From the NCBI GenBank assembly GCA_963728565.1, contig CAVSLC010000023.1, positions 128,001 through 192,000 of the forward strand: a DNA stretch of 64,000 nucleotides, in the 5' to 3' direction. A model generated the notes under the pieces. The model was not told the DNA's origin, did no database searches, and saw only the letters and a program-made list of their open reading frames with translations. A program made the position numbers and the translations under genes. Positions 1 through 10,587 of this stretch are shown here, in pieces. Within the stretch, counting starts at the first letter, position 1. The number at the start of each line of letters is the position of its first letter. The DNA is from an uncultured delta proteobacterium (GTDB taxonomy: Bacteria; Desulfobacterota; Binatia; UBA9968).

Positions 1-2
1 AT

Positions 3-194
3 GCCACTAAACAGCAGGTACAAATGATGATTGCGTCTTTGCTGCGGCTTCGCGGCAAGTTGCCGGCCGACGCCGCGGACGCGCTTGCCGCGGCTATTTG
101 CCATCTTCATATGCAGGTGTTGCGCGCGCGTCTCATCGAAGCCCTGCCAAGAACCATTGCGCCGTTGCGGCCGCGCAAGTCGATCCTTCCTTGA
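3..194 (+). CDS. ruvC: Holliday junction resolvase RuvC, C-terminal part (5' end outside window)
   Basis: Manual translation from nt 3: ATKQQVQMMIASLLRLRGKLPADAADALAAAICH..., the RuvC DAADALA..ICH motif; directly upstream of ruvA. Confidence 0.9.
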   Translation, partial: ATKQQVQMMIASLLRLRGKLPADAADALAAAICHLHMQVLRARLIEALPRTIAPLRPRKSILP

Positions 195-236
195 GATGCC
201 GAACGGCGTTGAAATTAACCGAAAGATTAAGCAGTC

Positions 237-830
237 GTGATCGCTCAAATCAGCGGCACTCTGGCGCACAAGGTTGCAGGAGAAATCGTCGTCGATGTCG
301 GCGGAGTCGGTTATCAGGTCTTCATCCCGCTCAATGTCTTTTATCATCTGCCGGAGATCGGCGCGCCGGTCCGGCTGCATATTCACACTCACTTGCGCGA
401 GGATGCCCTACAGCTTTTCGGCTTCCAGGAACCGGCGGAAAAACAAGTTTTCTTGCAACTCAACGGCGTTGCCGGCATCGGGCCTAAACTTGCGCTAAAC
501 ATTTTGTCGGGAATCCCCGCCGATGAACTCACCCGTGCAATCAAGGGAGGCGATCAGTTGCGCTTGGTATCGATCCCTGGCGTGGGCAAGAAACTTGCGG
601 AGCGCATGATCGTCGAGCTTCGTGATCGCTTTGCGCTTCTCGAAGCTCAGGGCACAGAAACTCCGGCGCAAGGGCGCGACCCGCAGCTGCTCCAAGACGC
701 TGTTTCGGCTCTTGTTAACCTGGGCTATCGTAAAGTGGAAGTTGAAAAGAACGTGCGTGACTGCGTTCAAGCGGGCAATCACAGTCTCGAGCAGGTGATT
801 AAAGAAGTACTTCGGCGCATGAGTCGCTGA
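237..830 (+). CDS. ruvA: Holliday junction branch migration protein RuvA
   Basis: MIAQISGTL...VGGVGY, HhH motifs GIGPKLA and [16 protein letters not shown]-terminal ALVNLGY. Confidence 0.97.
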   Translation: MIAQISGTLAHKVAGEIVVDVGGVGYQVFIPLNVFYHLPEIGAPVRLHIHTHLREDALQLFGFQEPAEKQVFLQLNGVAGIGPKLALNILSGIPADELTRAIKGGDQLRLVSIPGVGKKLAERMIVELRDRFALLEAQGTETPAQGRDPQLLQDAVSALVNLGYRKVEVEKNVRDCVQAGNHSLEQVIKEVLRRMSR

Positions 831-838
831 CACTGATT

Positions 839-1912
839 ATGGCCCACTCACCCATCATCGATTCGGACAAATCCTCGGAATCGCGGGAGATCTCGCCGGC
901 GCGAAGCGATGAGGATCTAAACTACGAGGTAAATCTGCGGCCCCGTGGATTCGAGGAATACGTCGGCCAAGATCGCGTCAAAGAAAACCTTAAAGTAGCC
1001 ATCGAGGCAGCCCGCGGTCGTGGCGAGGTTTTGGACCACCTTTTGTTTCATGGCCCGCCAGGATTAGGAAAAACATCCCTGGCCTACATCATCGCCCGTG
1101 AGATGGGCGTCAATATCAAAGGGACTTCAGGGCCGGTTATCGAACGTGCCGGTGATCTGGCGGCGATTCTCACTAATTTGGAGGAAGGCGATATCTTGTT
1201 CATCGATGAAATTCATCGCCTCAACCATATTGTCGAAGAGGTTCTATATCCCGCCATGGAAGACTTTCAAATCGATATCATGATTGGACAAGGTCCGGCG
1301 GCCCGATCCATCAAGCTCGAGTTGAAGCCATTTACTTTGATTGGTGCAACGACAAGATCAGGTCTGCTGACCTCGCCGCTGCGGGATCGCTTCGGCCTGA
1401 GCTTCCGGTTGGATTTTTATTCACCGGAAACCCTTGCTGATCTTCTCCAGCGCTCAGCTGTTATTCTCGGCGTGGCTGGCGAACAGGACGGAATCGCCGA
1501 GATCGCGCGGCGGTCGCGCGGCACCCCACGAATCGCCAACCGCCTGCTACGCCGTGTGCGCGACTATGCGCAGGTCAAAGCAGCCGGACGAATTACGCTC
1601 GCGGTGACGGTCGAAGCGTTACAGATGTTGGAGGTTGACTCCATTGGCCTCGATAAAATGGATACCATGTTGGTATTGACCCTGATCGAAAAGTTCTCCG
1701 GAGGACCGGTTGGAATCGAGACTCTGGCAGCGGCCATTGGCGAAGAAAAAGACACCATTGAAGATGTCTATGAGCCATTTTTGATTCAGGCGGGTTTCAT
1801 CCAACGAACGCCTAGAGGGCGTATGGCGACGCCCTTGGCTTACCATCACTTCGGCCAAAAACCTAAGGGACAGAAGGGCAGTGCTCCGAAGAACCAACCT
1901 AGTTTGTTTTGA
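839..1912 (+). CDS. ruvB: Holliday junction branch migration ATPase RuvB
   Basis: [12 protein letters not shown], Walker [38 protein letters not shown]. Confidence 0.98.
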   Translation: MAHSPIIDSDKSSESREISPARSDEDLNYEVNLRPRGFEEYVGQDRVKENLKVAIEAARGRGEVLDHLLFHGPPGLGKTSLAYIIAREMGVNIKGTSGPVIERAGDLAAILTNLEEGDILFIDEIHRLNHIVEEVLYPAMEDFQIDIMIGQGPAARSIKLELKPFTLIGATTRSGLLTSPLRDRFGLSFRLDFYSPETLADLLQRSAVILGVAGEQDGIAEIARRSRGTPRIANRLLRRVRDYAQVKAAGRITLAVTVEALQMLEVDSIGLDKMDTMLVLTLIEKFSGGPVGIETLAAAIGEEKDTIEDVYEPFLIQAGFIQRTPRGRMATPLAYHHFGQKPKGQKGSAPKNQPSLF

Positions 1913-1957
1913 AGTAGCAACGACCTGAAATCCTTCCCAACCAGCGGATCGAACCCT

Positions 1958-2170
1958 ATGCCTGAGTTCGGTAGAACTTTGATCATTCTGGGGGTCGCAA
2001 TCATTGCCGTCGGAGTACTGTTTACATTTGGTGGAAAAATCCCTTGGCTGGGGCATTTGCCGGGTGATATCTACATCCAGCGAGGTCGCTTCAGTTTTTA
2101 CTTTCCCATCACCACGTGCATTGTTATCAGCATTCTCATCAGCCTTGTTCTCTATCTCTTTAGGAGATAA
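1958..2170 (+). CDS. DUF2905-family small membrane protein
   Basis: LGHLPGDIYIQRGRFSFYFPITTCI motif between two hydrophobic segments; commonly found after ruvB. Confidence 0.85.
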   Translation: MPEFGRTLIILGVAIIAVGVLFTFGGKIPWLGHLPGDIYIQRGRFSFYFPITTCIVISILISLVLYLFRR

Positions 2171-2204
2171 AATTCCTCTTGCATTTTAATCTCTTAGCAA
2201 GGCC

Positions 2205-4439
2205 ATGGGCAAAACCTTCAAAACCGAACAGCAGATCAGCGACACGCCCACGTTGGATGAAACTAAACGGCGAAAGCGTGAAGGACTGGCGATTCTCATC
2301 ACTTCACTGGTGGTGCTGGCGTTCGCATTCTTCGAGGTGCAGCTTCCCGATGTTTCCTCGGAATATTCTCTCAGCAATAACATAGTTTTCTTTCTCTTAA
2401 TCAACATCAACATCATTCTTCTGATTCTCCTGGTTTTTCTGGTCGTCAGAAACCTGGTGAAGCTGGTATTCGAACGCAAACGGCGGATCCTCGGCTCGCG
2501 ACTTAGGGTTCGCCTGGTGATTGCATTTGTCGGCCTATCGCTGATTCCGACACTGTTGCTGTTCGTCATTGCCGGGGGATTCGTCACCCGCTCCTTTGAA
2601 AGGTGGTTCGATATACAGGTCGAGACCGCGCTTCAGGGATCTTTGGAAATCGGCCAGACCTATTATCAAAACTCGGCAAACAACGCGCTTTTCTATGCAC
2701 GGCAGCTGAGCCGGCGCGTCACTGAACAAGAGCTGTTCGAGATCGGCCGGCGGAGCGATCTTAAAGAATTTATCCAGATCAAGCAGCGTGAGTACAATCT
2801 CGGGACTGTGGAATTATTTTCACCAGATCACCTGCCGGTAGTAGTGGCTTTCAATGACCAGGTACCCACTGGAGTTAGCATCAAGGCTGAAGCCGATTTC
2901 CTTAACCGCGCGCTGCGCGGCCTGGAAGTCACTCGAACTCAGGCTTTTGGCGAGGGCGACGTTATTCGCGGCGGTGTTCCGATCTATGACAGCGGCAAGC
3001 GGATTCAGGGAGTCGTCGTAGTCGATTATTACGTGCCGAAGAGCATCACCAAACGCGCGCTTGAAATCTCCCGGTCCTATGAGCAGTACAAACACCTTGG
3101 TTTTCTGAAGAATCCGGTGAAAAACAGTTACATTCTGACGCTGCTATTAATTACCCTGGTGATTATCTTCGCCGCGACTTGGTTCGGCCTTTATCTTGCC
3201 AAAGGAATCACGATCCCGATTCAGCAGGTGGCAGCGGGGACTCACGAAGTCGCTCATGGCAACTGGGATTATCAAATTGAGGCGGCCGGCGACGACGAGT
3301 TAGGAACCTTGGTTGAGTCTTTCAACCAGATGACCCGAGACTTAAAGAAGAGCAACCTGGAATTGTTGCGCCGCGGCAAGTTCGTTGAAACACTTCTCGC
3401 TAATATTACCGCAGGAGTCATTGCTGTCGATCCGAATGGCAAGATCACTTCTTGGAACAAGGCGGCCGAACAAATGTTAGGTGTGGATGGTTCTGATGCT
3501 CTCGGAAAATCCTACAGGGAAGCGTTTGAAACCGAGCCGCTAATGGTCATGCGCGACTTGATCAACAACCTCAAAGATCGCGAAAGCAGCGAGACTGAAT
3601 TGCAGATACAGCTACCGGACCATCTCCTTACCGTATTCGCGACCGCCGCTACCCTCAGAGATGATGCTAATGACAGCTTAGGTATCATGATTTTTCTCGA
3701 AGACATTACCCAGATTCAAAAAGTACAGAGGATGGAAGCGTGGCGCGAAGTGGCGCGGCGAATCGCGCACGAAATCAAGAATCCGCTCACGCCGATACAG
3801 CTCTCGGCCGAGAGACTGCGCAAACGCTATGCTAAGCTGTTGCAAGGGGATGGCGCGGTACTGGACAAATGCACGACGACGATCATCCAGCAGGTGGTCG
3901 AGCTCAAGAATCTGGTGAATGAGTTTTCGCAATTCGCAAGACTACCTACGGCTCAGCCGGTGCCCAACGACCTAAACGTGATTGTTCAGGACGCGCTATT
4001 CCTGTTTAAGGAAGGACATAACCATATCGATTTTGAATTCCGGCAGGGAGAGTTGCCGGCGCTGGAGCTCGATCAGGAGCAAATCAAACGGGTAATGATC
4101 AACTTATTAGACAACGCCGTGGCCGCCGTTGGCGGCCACGGCCATGTGCAGATATCGACTGCTTATGATTGCACTCGGAACACGGTCTACCTTGAAGTTG
4201 CCGACGATGGTTGCGGCATGGCGGCGGAAGCTCGAGTTAGAATATTCGAGCCTGGATTTTCCACAAAAAAACAGGGTACCGGTCTGGGGCTCACCATCGT
4301 CAATCAAATTGTCGAAGATCATCGAGGTTATATTCGGGTGCGGAACAACGAACCACGCGGCACAAGGTTCGTGATAGAGTTTCCGGTGCGGGAGCAGGGC
4401 GCGCTACGCGAGTTTAAAAGGAAGGCTGCGCAGCTATGA
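2205..4439 (+). CDS. NtrY-like membrane sensor histidine kinase (TMs, periplasmic domain, HAMP, PAS, HisKA, HATPase)
   Basis: H-box AWREVARRIAHEIKNPLTPIQL (NtrY type), NLLDNA, DDGCG, GTGLGL; N-terminal TMs and GSRLRVRL as in NtrY. Confidence 0.92.
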   Translation: MGKTFKTEQQISDTPTLDETKRRKREGLAILITSLVVLAFAFFEVQLPDVSSEYSLSNNIVFFLLININIILLILLVFLVVRNLVKLVFERKRRILGSRLRVRLVIAFVGLSLIPTLLLFVIAGGFVTRSFERWFDIQVETALQGSLEIGQTYYQNSANNALFYARQLSRRVTEQELFEIGRRSDLKEFIQIKQREYNLGTVELFSPDHLPVVVAFNDQVPTGVSIKAEADFLNRALRGLEVTRTQAFGEGDVIRGGVPIYDSGKRIQGVVVVDYYVPKSITKRALEISRSYEQYKHLGFLKNPVKNSYILTLLLITLVIIFAATWFGLYLAKGITIPIQQVAAGTHEVAHGNWDYQIEAAGDDELGTLVESFNQMTRDLKKSNLELLRRGKFVETLLANITAGVIAVDPNGKITSWNKAAEQMLGVDGSDALGKSYREAFETEPLMVMRDLINNLKDRESSETELQIQLPDHLLTVFATAATLRDDANDSLGIMIFLEDITQIQKVQRMEAWREVARRIAHEIKNPLTPIQLSAERLRKRYAKLLQGDGAVLDKCTTTIIQQVVELKNLVNEFSQFARLPTAQPVPNDLNVIVQDALFLFKEGHNHIDFEFRQGELPALELDQEQIKRVMINLLDNAVAAVGGHGHVQISTAYDCTRNTVYLEVADDGCGMAAEARVRIFEPGFSTKKQGTGLGLTIVNQIVEDHRGYIRVRNNEPRGTRFVIEFPVREQGALREFKRKAAQL

Positions 4440-5754
4440 AAAATGGAGGGGCGGTGAAGGAGTTATCATCTCAGAAAACCATCCTTGTTGTCGATGACGA
4501 GGACAAGGTTCGGGAATCGGTTAAAGAAGTGCTGACGGACGAGGGATATCGGGTACTCGATACCGCTGATGCCACTTGCGTCCTGGAAATGATCGAAGCG
4601 GAGCAACCTGGGCTTGTGCTGCTCGACATCTGGATGCCGAAAATCGATGGTATTGGCTTGCTCAAAGAAATCAAGAGCAAGAACCTTCAACCAATGTAGT
4701 GATGATCTCCGGGCACGGAAATATCCACACGGCGGTGACCGCAACTAAATTTGGCGCTTTCGATTTTATCGAAAAGCCGGTCTCGCTCGACGGTCTGCTT
4801 CATACCGTGCAACGCGCCCTGGGCGAGCTCCCTGTACCTCAGAGCCTCTCCGAAATCGGCCAGCGCCATGGCGCCGAGGACGCAGACTCAGTGAGTACAG
4901 CTCCGCGGATAGTCACATCCGCCGAACCGATCCGACAAAAGACCTTGAGAAAAAGCGTGGTGAGTTCAGGTCAAGGATTGCATTCAGGTATTAAAACAGG
5001 ATTGATTCTGCATCCGCTCCCGCCAAATAGCGGCATCTTATTCGAGGGTATCTCAGGTGATGTCAGCGTACCTGCGCATTTAGATTATGTCGGATCAACG
5101 GGATTCGCGACATCATTGAGCCATCGCGGTTTTACGGTTGCGACCGTAGAGCATTTTTTGGCGGTCCTCCATAGTTACGGAATTACGAACTTGCTGGTGA
5201 AAGTTCAAGGCGAGGTTCCGATCTTGGATGGATCGGCGGCGGAGTTTTGCGAACTCATCGAGGAAGCTGGGCTGCACGAGCAAGACGAAAGCTGGTCAAG
5301 AATCGTCATCGATCGTCCTTATCGCATCGGTGACGACGGAGGAGAATGGATTAGTATTGAACCAGCGGAGACGTTTTCGGTCCACTACGTTCTGAAGTAT
5401 CCGAAACCGGTCGGCGTGCAGGAATACATATTCACACATCAAAGTCCGACTTCGTTCAAAGAAGAAATTGCGCCGGCAAGGACTTTCGGTTTTCTGCGCG
5501 ATATGGAGAAAATGCAAAAGCTCGGCTTGATCAACGGAGGCAAGCTTAGTAATTGTATCTTGATCGATGATGAGAAGATCGTAAACACCGACTTGCGCTT
5601 TCCGGAGGAATTGGCGCGTCATAAAATACTTGACATTATCGGGGATTTTTATCTGCTGGGAAGACCCATCCGCGGCAGAATCACCGCTCACATGACCGGC
5701 CATTCCGATAACATTGCATTACTTAAAGCTGTTCGCACCGGACTGGGGTTATAG
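4436..5754 (+). CDS. lpxC: Receiver (REC) domain fused to UDP-3-O-acyl-GlcNAc deacetylase LpxC; one-base frameshift near 4680
   Basis: ORF 4436-4699 gives ILVVDDE...LLDIWMP. ORF 4576-5754 continues VVMISGHG...FDFIEKP...ALG, a linker, then QKTL..GQGLHSG, TVEHFLA, EIAPARTFGF, HKILDIIGD, GHSDN. Adding one A at AGC AA(A) GAA CCT joins them into ~439 aa. Confidence 0.88.
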
Positions 5755-5793
5755 GTTCTCTCGTTAAAGTCCCGACGACCCAAGTGGATCGGT

Positions 5794-6243
5794 ATGGATT
5801 CATCTTCGCCTTATTCCAGATTGTTCACGATCAACGAAGCGAACGCCCTTTTGCCTATAGTGCGTCCGACCATCGAACGCATTCTGGAGATCATACGGCG
5901 CCTCCGGGCCAAGAGCGAAATAGTGATTCGCGCGGAGCAGATCGACCCGGAAACGCCCAACCTGATGCGCCGTTTACAGCGCAACGATGAGATCGCCGCC
6001 TTGATCAAGCAGATCAACGACGCTGTCAATGAGATTCAACAACATGGCTGCGTGTGCAAAGGCGTAGAACAAGGATTGCTCGATTTTCCCTGTTTATTGG
6101 GAGAAGAGATTGTCTTTCTTTGTTGGCAATACGGTGAACATGAGATTGCCTACTGGCACAGAATTGAGGACGGTTTTGCCGGCAGGCGCCCATTGTTGGA
6201 CTCGACTGTCAGCGGATCGAGCGGCGGCGGGCCGCTTCACTAA
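5794..6243 (+). CDS. DUF2203-family protein
   Basis: FTINEANALLP...GLLDFP...LCWQYGE..IAYWH..EDGFAGRRPL. Confidence 0.85.
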   Translation: MDSSSPYSRLFTINEANALLPIVRPTIERILEIIRRLRAKSEIVIRAEQIDPETPNLMRRLQRNDEIAALIKQINDAVNEIQQHGCVCKGVEQGLLDFPCLLGEEIVFLCWQYGEHEIAYWHRIEDGFAGRRPLLDSTVSGSSGGGPLH

Positions 6244-6336
6244 GCTTCGCCAAATTGGGTTTTCTCCAGTTGTAGTTCCGCGTCAATCTTATTCCGGAGT
6301 TTTCTGGCCTTGTGATTTCCACCGCTGAGCTCGAAT

Positions 6337-7483
6337 TTGGCCGAGCTGTCACAGCGCATCAAGAATGAAGCGCAAAGGCTCGGCTTTGAACTCGTTGGCA
6401 TCTCGCCAGTGCGGCTGCCGCCGCACGAGGAGTCGTTCGCTGATTGGCTGCGGAAAAAACTTCACGGTCATCTCGATTATATGGAGCGAACCGAGCTTTT
6501 GCGGCGCGATCCAAGGCTGCTTGTCCCCTGGGCAGTGTCAATCATTTCAGTGGGAATGAACTACTACACGCCGTTTAAACGGCCAACCCCGTCAGAACGC
6601 GGGCGCGGCTGGATCTCGCGCTATGCTTGGGGTGATGATTATCATGAGATTATCCGGGATAAATTGAAAACCCTGCTCGTATTTCTTCGTGAGATTGGCG
6701 GCGAGACGGTGGAAGGCAGAAGCTTCGTCGATTCCGCCCCGATTCTGGAGCGGGACTTTGCGGGTACTGCCGGCATAGGATGGATCGGGAAAAATACCCA
6801 GCTGATTTCGCCGAAAAAAGGGTCCTGGTTTTTCCTTGGTGAGTTGTTTACCAGTCTGCCCCTTGCTTATGATCAGGCCATTCGCGACCGCTGCGGTCAA
6901 TGTGACCTGTGCCTAAAAGCCTGCCCTACCGGCGCCTTCATCGGACCCTATCTGTTGGATGCGCGTCGCTGCATCTCCTACCTTACGATCGAGCTCAAGG
7001 GTTTTATTCCACGTCATCTGAGACCCCTTATCGGTAATCACATTTTCGGCTGCGACATCTGCCAGGAAGTCTGTCCTTATAATGTTAAAGCGAATTCCAC
7101 CGATGAACCGACTTACTTGCCGCGCCAAGGTCTTTATGCTCCCGATTTGGTTGCGCTGCTGTCGATCGACCAAGAGGAATTTCGCCGGCGGTTTCGCGGC
7201 AGTCCCATTGTCCGGGCAAAACGACGTGGATTCTTGCGCAATGTAGCCGTGGCGCTTGGCAATAATCGGCGGGCCTGAAGCCGTGCCGGCGCTGACCAAG
7301 GCACTGAATGACGAAGAGCCACTAGTTCGCGGTCATGTCGCATGGGCGCTGGGCCGGATCGGCACATCTGAGGCGCTCGCGACATTGCGGCAGAAATTGG
7401 CTTCAGAAGGTAACTCGGAGGTTAAAAGCGAGATTGAGGAGGCTCTTCGCGAGGCCAGTGAACCTGTCCCTGATCACTTGTAG
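6337..7483 (+). CDS. queG: Epoxyqueuosine reductase QueG with C-terminal HEAT-like repeat; frameshift near 7264
   Basis: ISRYAWGDDYH, GIGWIGKN, CGQCDLCLKACP, GCDICQEVCP, RNVAVALGN; HEAT tail (DEEPLVRGHVAWALG) is in ORF 7256-7483. Confidence 0.92.
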
Positions 7484-7528
7484 CATGCGTCATCGATAAA
7501 AGGCTGGCATCGATAAGCAGCATCATTT

Positions 7529-7981
7529 TCAAGCAGTTTCTTCGGGTGGGCAAAGCATGATCTCGAGCGCCTTCATCAGCTCCTCCTCAATTCTCATGAT
7601 CCTGCCCTGACCATCGACACAGGCGTGCTTGGTCGAGCCGGAGGCCAGCAGCGCAGCTTCAGCCTCGCGCATGATTCGGTAGGTGAATGTCAATGATGCG
7701 CGGGTGACCGAAGCTATTCGTGTCTCGATGACGATCAGATCATCGTAACGCGCTGGTCTGAAGTATCGGCATGACAGCTCCGCAACTGGAAAATGCATGC
7801 CCCGTCGCTCGATGGTTGCGTACGGAATTCCGCTGGCACGCAGAAACTCACCGCGGCCGCTCTCGAACCAGCGTAGGTAGTTGGCGTAGTAGACCACACC
7901 CATTTGATCGGTATCACCATAGATGACTCGATAGGTTGTCACATTTAGATTGTTTAAATTGTTCGGTTTGCTCGAACTCAT
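7529..7981 (-). CDS. YbgC/FadM-family acyl-CoA thioesterase
   Basis: YRVIYGDTDQMGVVYYANYLRWFE hot-dog-fold motif; PARYDD. Confidence 0.9.
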   Translation of the reverse strand: MSSSKPNNLNNLNVTTYRVIYGDTDQMGVVYYANYLRWFESGRGEFLRASGIPYATIERRGMHFPVAELSCRYFRPARYDDLIVIETRIASVTRASLTFTYRIMREAEAALLASGSTKHACVDGQGRIMRIEEELMKALEIMLCPPEETA

Positions 7982-8132
7982 GCGCTCTCACTCGTATGTT
8001 GTTTTGGAGCTTTTCTCAACGCCAGAGTTCCCGACGCGCCTTGACAATTTGAAATGAAGTATGCTTTAAGTTCTACAAATTTTCCGGCGATCATAGTCGT
8101 GAATTGCGGGTAAAAAGGTTCGGAGGAATGAA

Positions 8133-8600
8133 ATGAAGCGAACAACTGATCTCTTGACGTTATCAACCGGCTCGCTCCTGCTCGCTGCGGGCTTAATGGC
8201 GTGTTCATCTGGTCAGGAACAAATCGCCGCACCCGCGCAAAAACCGCCACCGAGCCAGGCCCAACCTGTCGCCGAAGCAAAGCCGCCCGCAGAGGCAAAA
8301 GCCACAAAGAGCGAAACAAAACAAACCAAATCCAAAGCTGTCGAAGTTGAGGGTGTCATCAGCAGCGTCGGCCAGCGAACGATTACCTTCCAAGTGGAGC
8401 GCAAGGGAAAGGTTCGCGAGGAGGTGGTTGGAGTCGATGACAAAACAAATATCGAAAAAGCCGGCAGCAGAGTCAAATTAAAAGATTTGCAGCAGAGCGA
8501 TAAAGCCTTGATCAACTATGAACCCGAAGCCTATACTCCGGCAACCGCCATCAAGGTGACTGGACAAGGTCAATTACAGAAGGTCGGTGGCGACGACTAG
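8133..8600 (+). CDS. Lipoprotein with Pro/Ala/Lys linker and a small beta-rich (DUF5666-like) domain
   Basis: Lipobox LMAC; SD GGAGG upstream; VEGVISSV...TITF...LKDL pattern. Confidence 0.7.
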   Translation: MKRTTDLLTLSTGSLLLAAGLMACSSGQEQIAAPAQKPPPSQAQPVAEAKPPAEAKATKSETKQTKSKAVEVEGVISSVGQRTITFQVERKGKVREEVVGVDDKTNIEKAGSRVKLKDLQQSDKALINYEPEAYTPATAIKVTGQGQLQKVGGDD

Positions 8601-9487
8601 CTGCCATAGCGATTGCGGCGGTCGGCGCCGATTAAGTTTAGCTCGATACTGGTTTCGTTTCTTAAGACACGCAGACAGATGCGTTCTCCCGGTCGCTTCT
8701 TCCAAAGCTCCTGATAGAGTTGCCGCCGCGAGCGGATTTGCGTTTTCTCAACATCCAGAATGATGTCGCCCTCTTTAAGTCCCTGACGATCAGCCGGGCT
8801 CCCTTGCGTCACTCCGGCGACAACCACATGTCCGGCAAGCAAGTGGGGATAAAAACCTAACCAAGGCTTTTGACTGATCAGGGAACGTTGTTTGAACGCC
8901 TGCTCCTGATCAAGGTAATAGCGGATCGGAATGGCCAATGAGAATTTTCCAACATCCGCAAGATTCAGGGAAACCACGCCCAACAGCTCCGCTTTGAAAT
9001 TTGCCAATGTGCCGCCGCCGAAGCCCGGATTGACGGCTGTCACTCTCACCGTTTGATCGAGCATGTATTCCCAATGGCCGTCGTACGGTTCCAGTGAAGT
9101 AACATAGCCTCCACTCACTTTTCTTTCGTTGTTTCCGCTGCTGGCGACGATCAGGCTAGCCTGGCCAAGTGCGGCCGGTTCAGTCGCCGGTTTGAGAAAA
9201 GGCAGCCCGCGCACAGGGATTTTTAAAAGCGCGAGTCCGCTATCGAGATCCTGTGTGACGATTTCACCCGGATACTCTTCTCCTTCTGCCACGGTGACGG
9301 TAATGGACGAAGCTCCGGTCACCACGTAATTAACCGTTAGAATGTAGCCTTCCGGATCGACTATGGTTCCGGATCCGGTGCGCTCCGACCCTAGGTTCCT
9401 GGTGGACGGATGATCTTCTGGGATCGATGCTCGGATCTCTACTGTTGCCGGAATGATGGCATGGATCAAGCCGAGATGGCCGTTCAA
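8597..9487 (-). CDS. Trypsin-like (S1C/HtrA-like) protease-fold protein with PDZ domain
   Basis: GSGTIVDPEGYILTVNYVV, LALLKI, VNPGFGGG, C-terminal PDZ (GSPADRQGLKEGDII). Catalytic His and Ser positions look altered (NY for NH; GFGGG for GNSGG). Confidence 0.75.
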   Translation of the reverse strand: MNGHLGLIHAIIPATVEIRASIPEDHPSTRNLGSERTGSGTIVDPEGYILTVNYVVTGASSITVTVAEGEEYPGEIVTQDLDSGLALLKIPVRGLPFLKPATEPAALGQASLIVASSGNNERKVSGGYVTSLEPYDGHWEYMLDQTVRVTAVNPGFGGGTLANFKAELLGVVSLNLADVGKFSLAIPIRYYLDQEQAFKQRSLISQKPWLGFYPHLLAGHVVVAGVTQGSPADRQGLKEGDIILDVEKTQIRSRRQLYQELWKKRPGERICLRVLRNETSIELNLIGADRRNRYGS

Positions 9488-9928
9488 AGTCCTGCTCCTT
9501 ATGCGAGTTTACTCGCTGCTGTTACCGCGAGCACGTCGCTAGTACTATTCTGCGCGGCTTCAGCCGGTTTAAAGGTCTCCCGTGGATTCTATTGATGATT
9601 GCGAGCTTGTCAACGGTCAATGGGCGATTGCTAATTTGCTCGTTAGGCATGCGTGGATCGCGTTCAAATCTTTCATCAGCGCGATTCGCGCCTCTCTTAA
9701 GAAGGGTCAAGAGGAGCATATAAAATCGTAAATCACGGCGGCGGGTTCGAACAATCGATGGCGCAAGCGGAGCGCGGCATCAATACCGTTTGGCGCCGAA
9801 CAATCCCACTAACGGCAAATAGCAGGGCGCTGCCTTTAGCACCGCGGGTTTATTTACTGATGAAGAGGCCCAGCGTCGGAAGTTACGGATAAATCACAGA
9901 CTTTTGCATGTTTGTAATACCGGCCAAC

Positions 9929-9956
9929 TTGACAACAGAGCAGAATCCAATATATT
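9929..9956 (+). promoter_or_regulatory. Putative sigma70 promoter of the yceD-rpmF-plsX-fab operon
   Basis: TTGACA (9929-9934), 16 nt, TATATT (9951-9956). Confidence 0.55.
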
Positions 9957-9986
9957 CAAATGGTCCGGCCAACCAGTTCTTTCGCT

Positions 9987-10526
9987 ATGAAAATTCCCGT
10001 CGACCAGATAACTCAGTCTCCCAAAGAAATTATGTTTTCAGAGAAGATTGAGGATTTAAATTCGTTTTTCGCGAATGAAAAGTATCGTGATTTTCACTTT
10101 CCACCGGTGCTGGATGGAAGTCTGGTTTACTACAGATCGGGGCAGGAGCTTTTTTTCCAGGGATCTTTTGGCGGCAGATTCGAAGGCTGCTGCGGCCGAT
10201 GTTTAGCTAATTATTCGTTTGACGTCGAAAAGTCGTTTGACATAGTGTTAGTTCCGGACCCGGCGCGCCCCGAGCGCAAAGTTGAGGAGTTGAGGCGAGA
10301 GGAGCTAGGTTTGAGTTACTACTCAAGCGATATTATCGAGCTAGCGCCTTTAATCGAAGAGCAGGTTCTACTGGCCTTGCCGACCCGCCCGCTGTGTCGT
10401 GAAGATTGTCGAGGATTGTGTGGTGGTTGTGGAGTTAATCTCAATATTGAAGAGTGCGCCTGCGATCCCGCTGCGCCGTCCGACTCGCGTCTTGCGATTT
10501 TTCGGACGCTCAAAATCAATCGTTAG
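9987..10526 (+). CDS. yceD: DUF177/YceD-family protein
   Basis: CGRCL, EQVLLALPTRPLCREDCRGLC..CG.NLN; directly before rpmF. Confidence 0.9.
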   Translation: MKIPVDQITQSPKEIMFSEKIEDLNSFFANEKYRDFHFPPVLDGSLVYYRSGQELFFQGSFGGRFEGCCGRCLANYSFDVEKSFDIVLVPDPARPERKVEELRREELGLSYYSSDIIELAPLIEEQVLLALPTRPLCREDCRGLCGGCGVNLNIEECACDPAAPSDSRLAIFRTLKINR

Positions 10527-10587
10527 TTTACTGCCAGTTTTCTGAACATTGGTTCTGCCGTTTGCCGGCAGGAAGGATAGGGTTAAA

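Noticed and set aside
4665-4700. Programmed ribosomal frameshift controlling LpxC expression
   Set aside because: No slippery heptamer or obvious stimulator (AAG AGC AAG AAC). The break would truncate the receiver mid-fold, and similar one-base breaks occur across the window.
7491-7515. Short direct repeat CATCGATAA x2 between queG and the thioesterase
   Set aside because: Only two 9-mers between convergent genes; no array or functional context.
8041-8072. TTGACA upstream of the lipoprotein gene as a sigma70 promoter
   Set aside because: No convincing -10 hexamer at 16-18 nt spacing.
9488-9928. Long intergenic region with a GGTTCGA T-loop-like string as a possible tRNA or ncRNA
   Set aside because: No cloverleaf, and no recognisable SRP, 6S, tmRNA or RNase P motif; the short ORFs here look non-coding.
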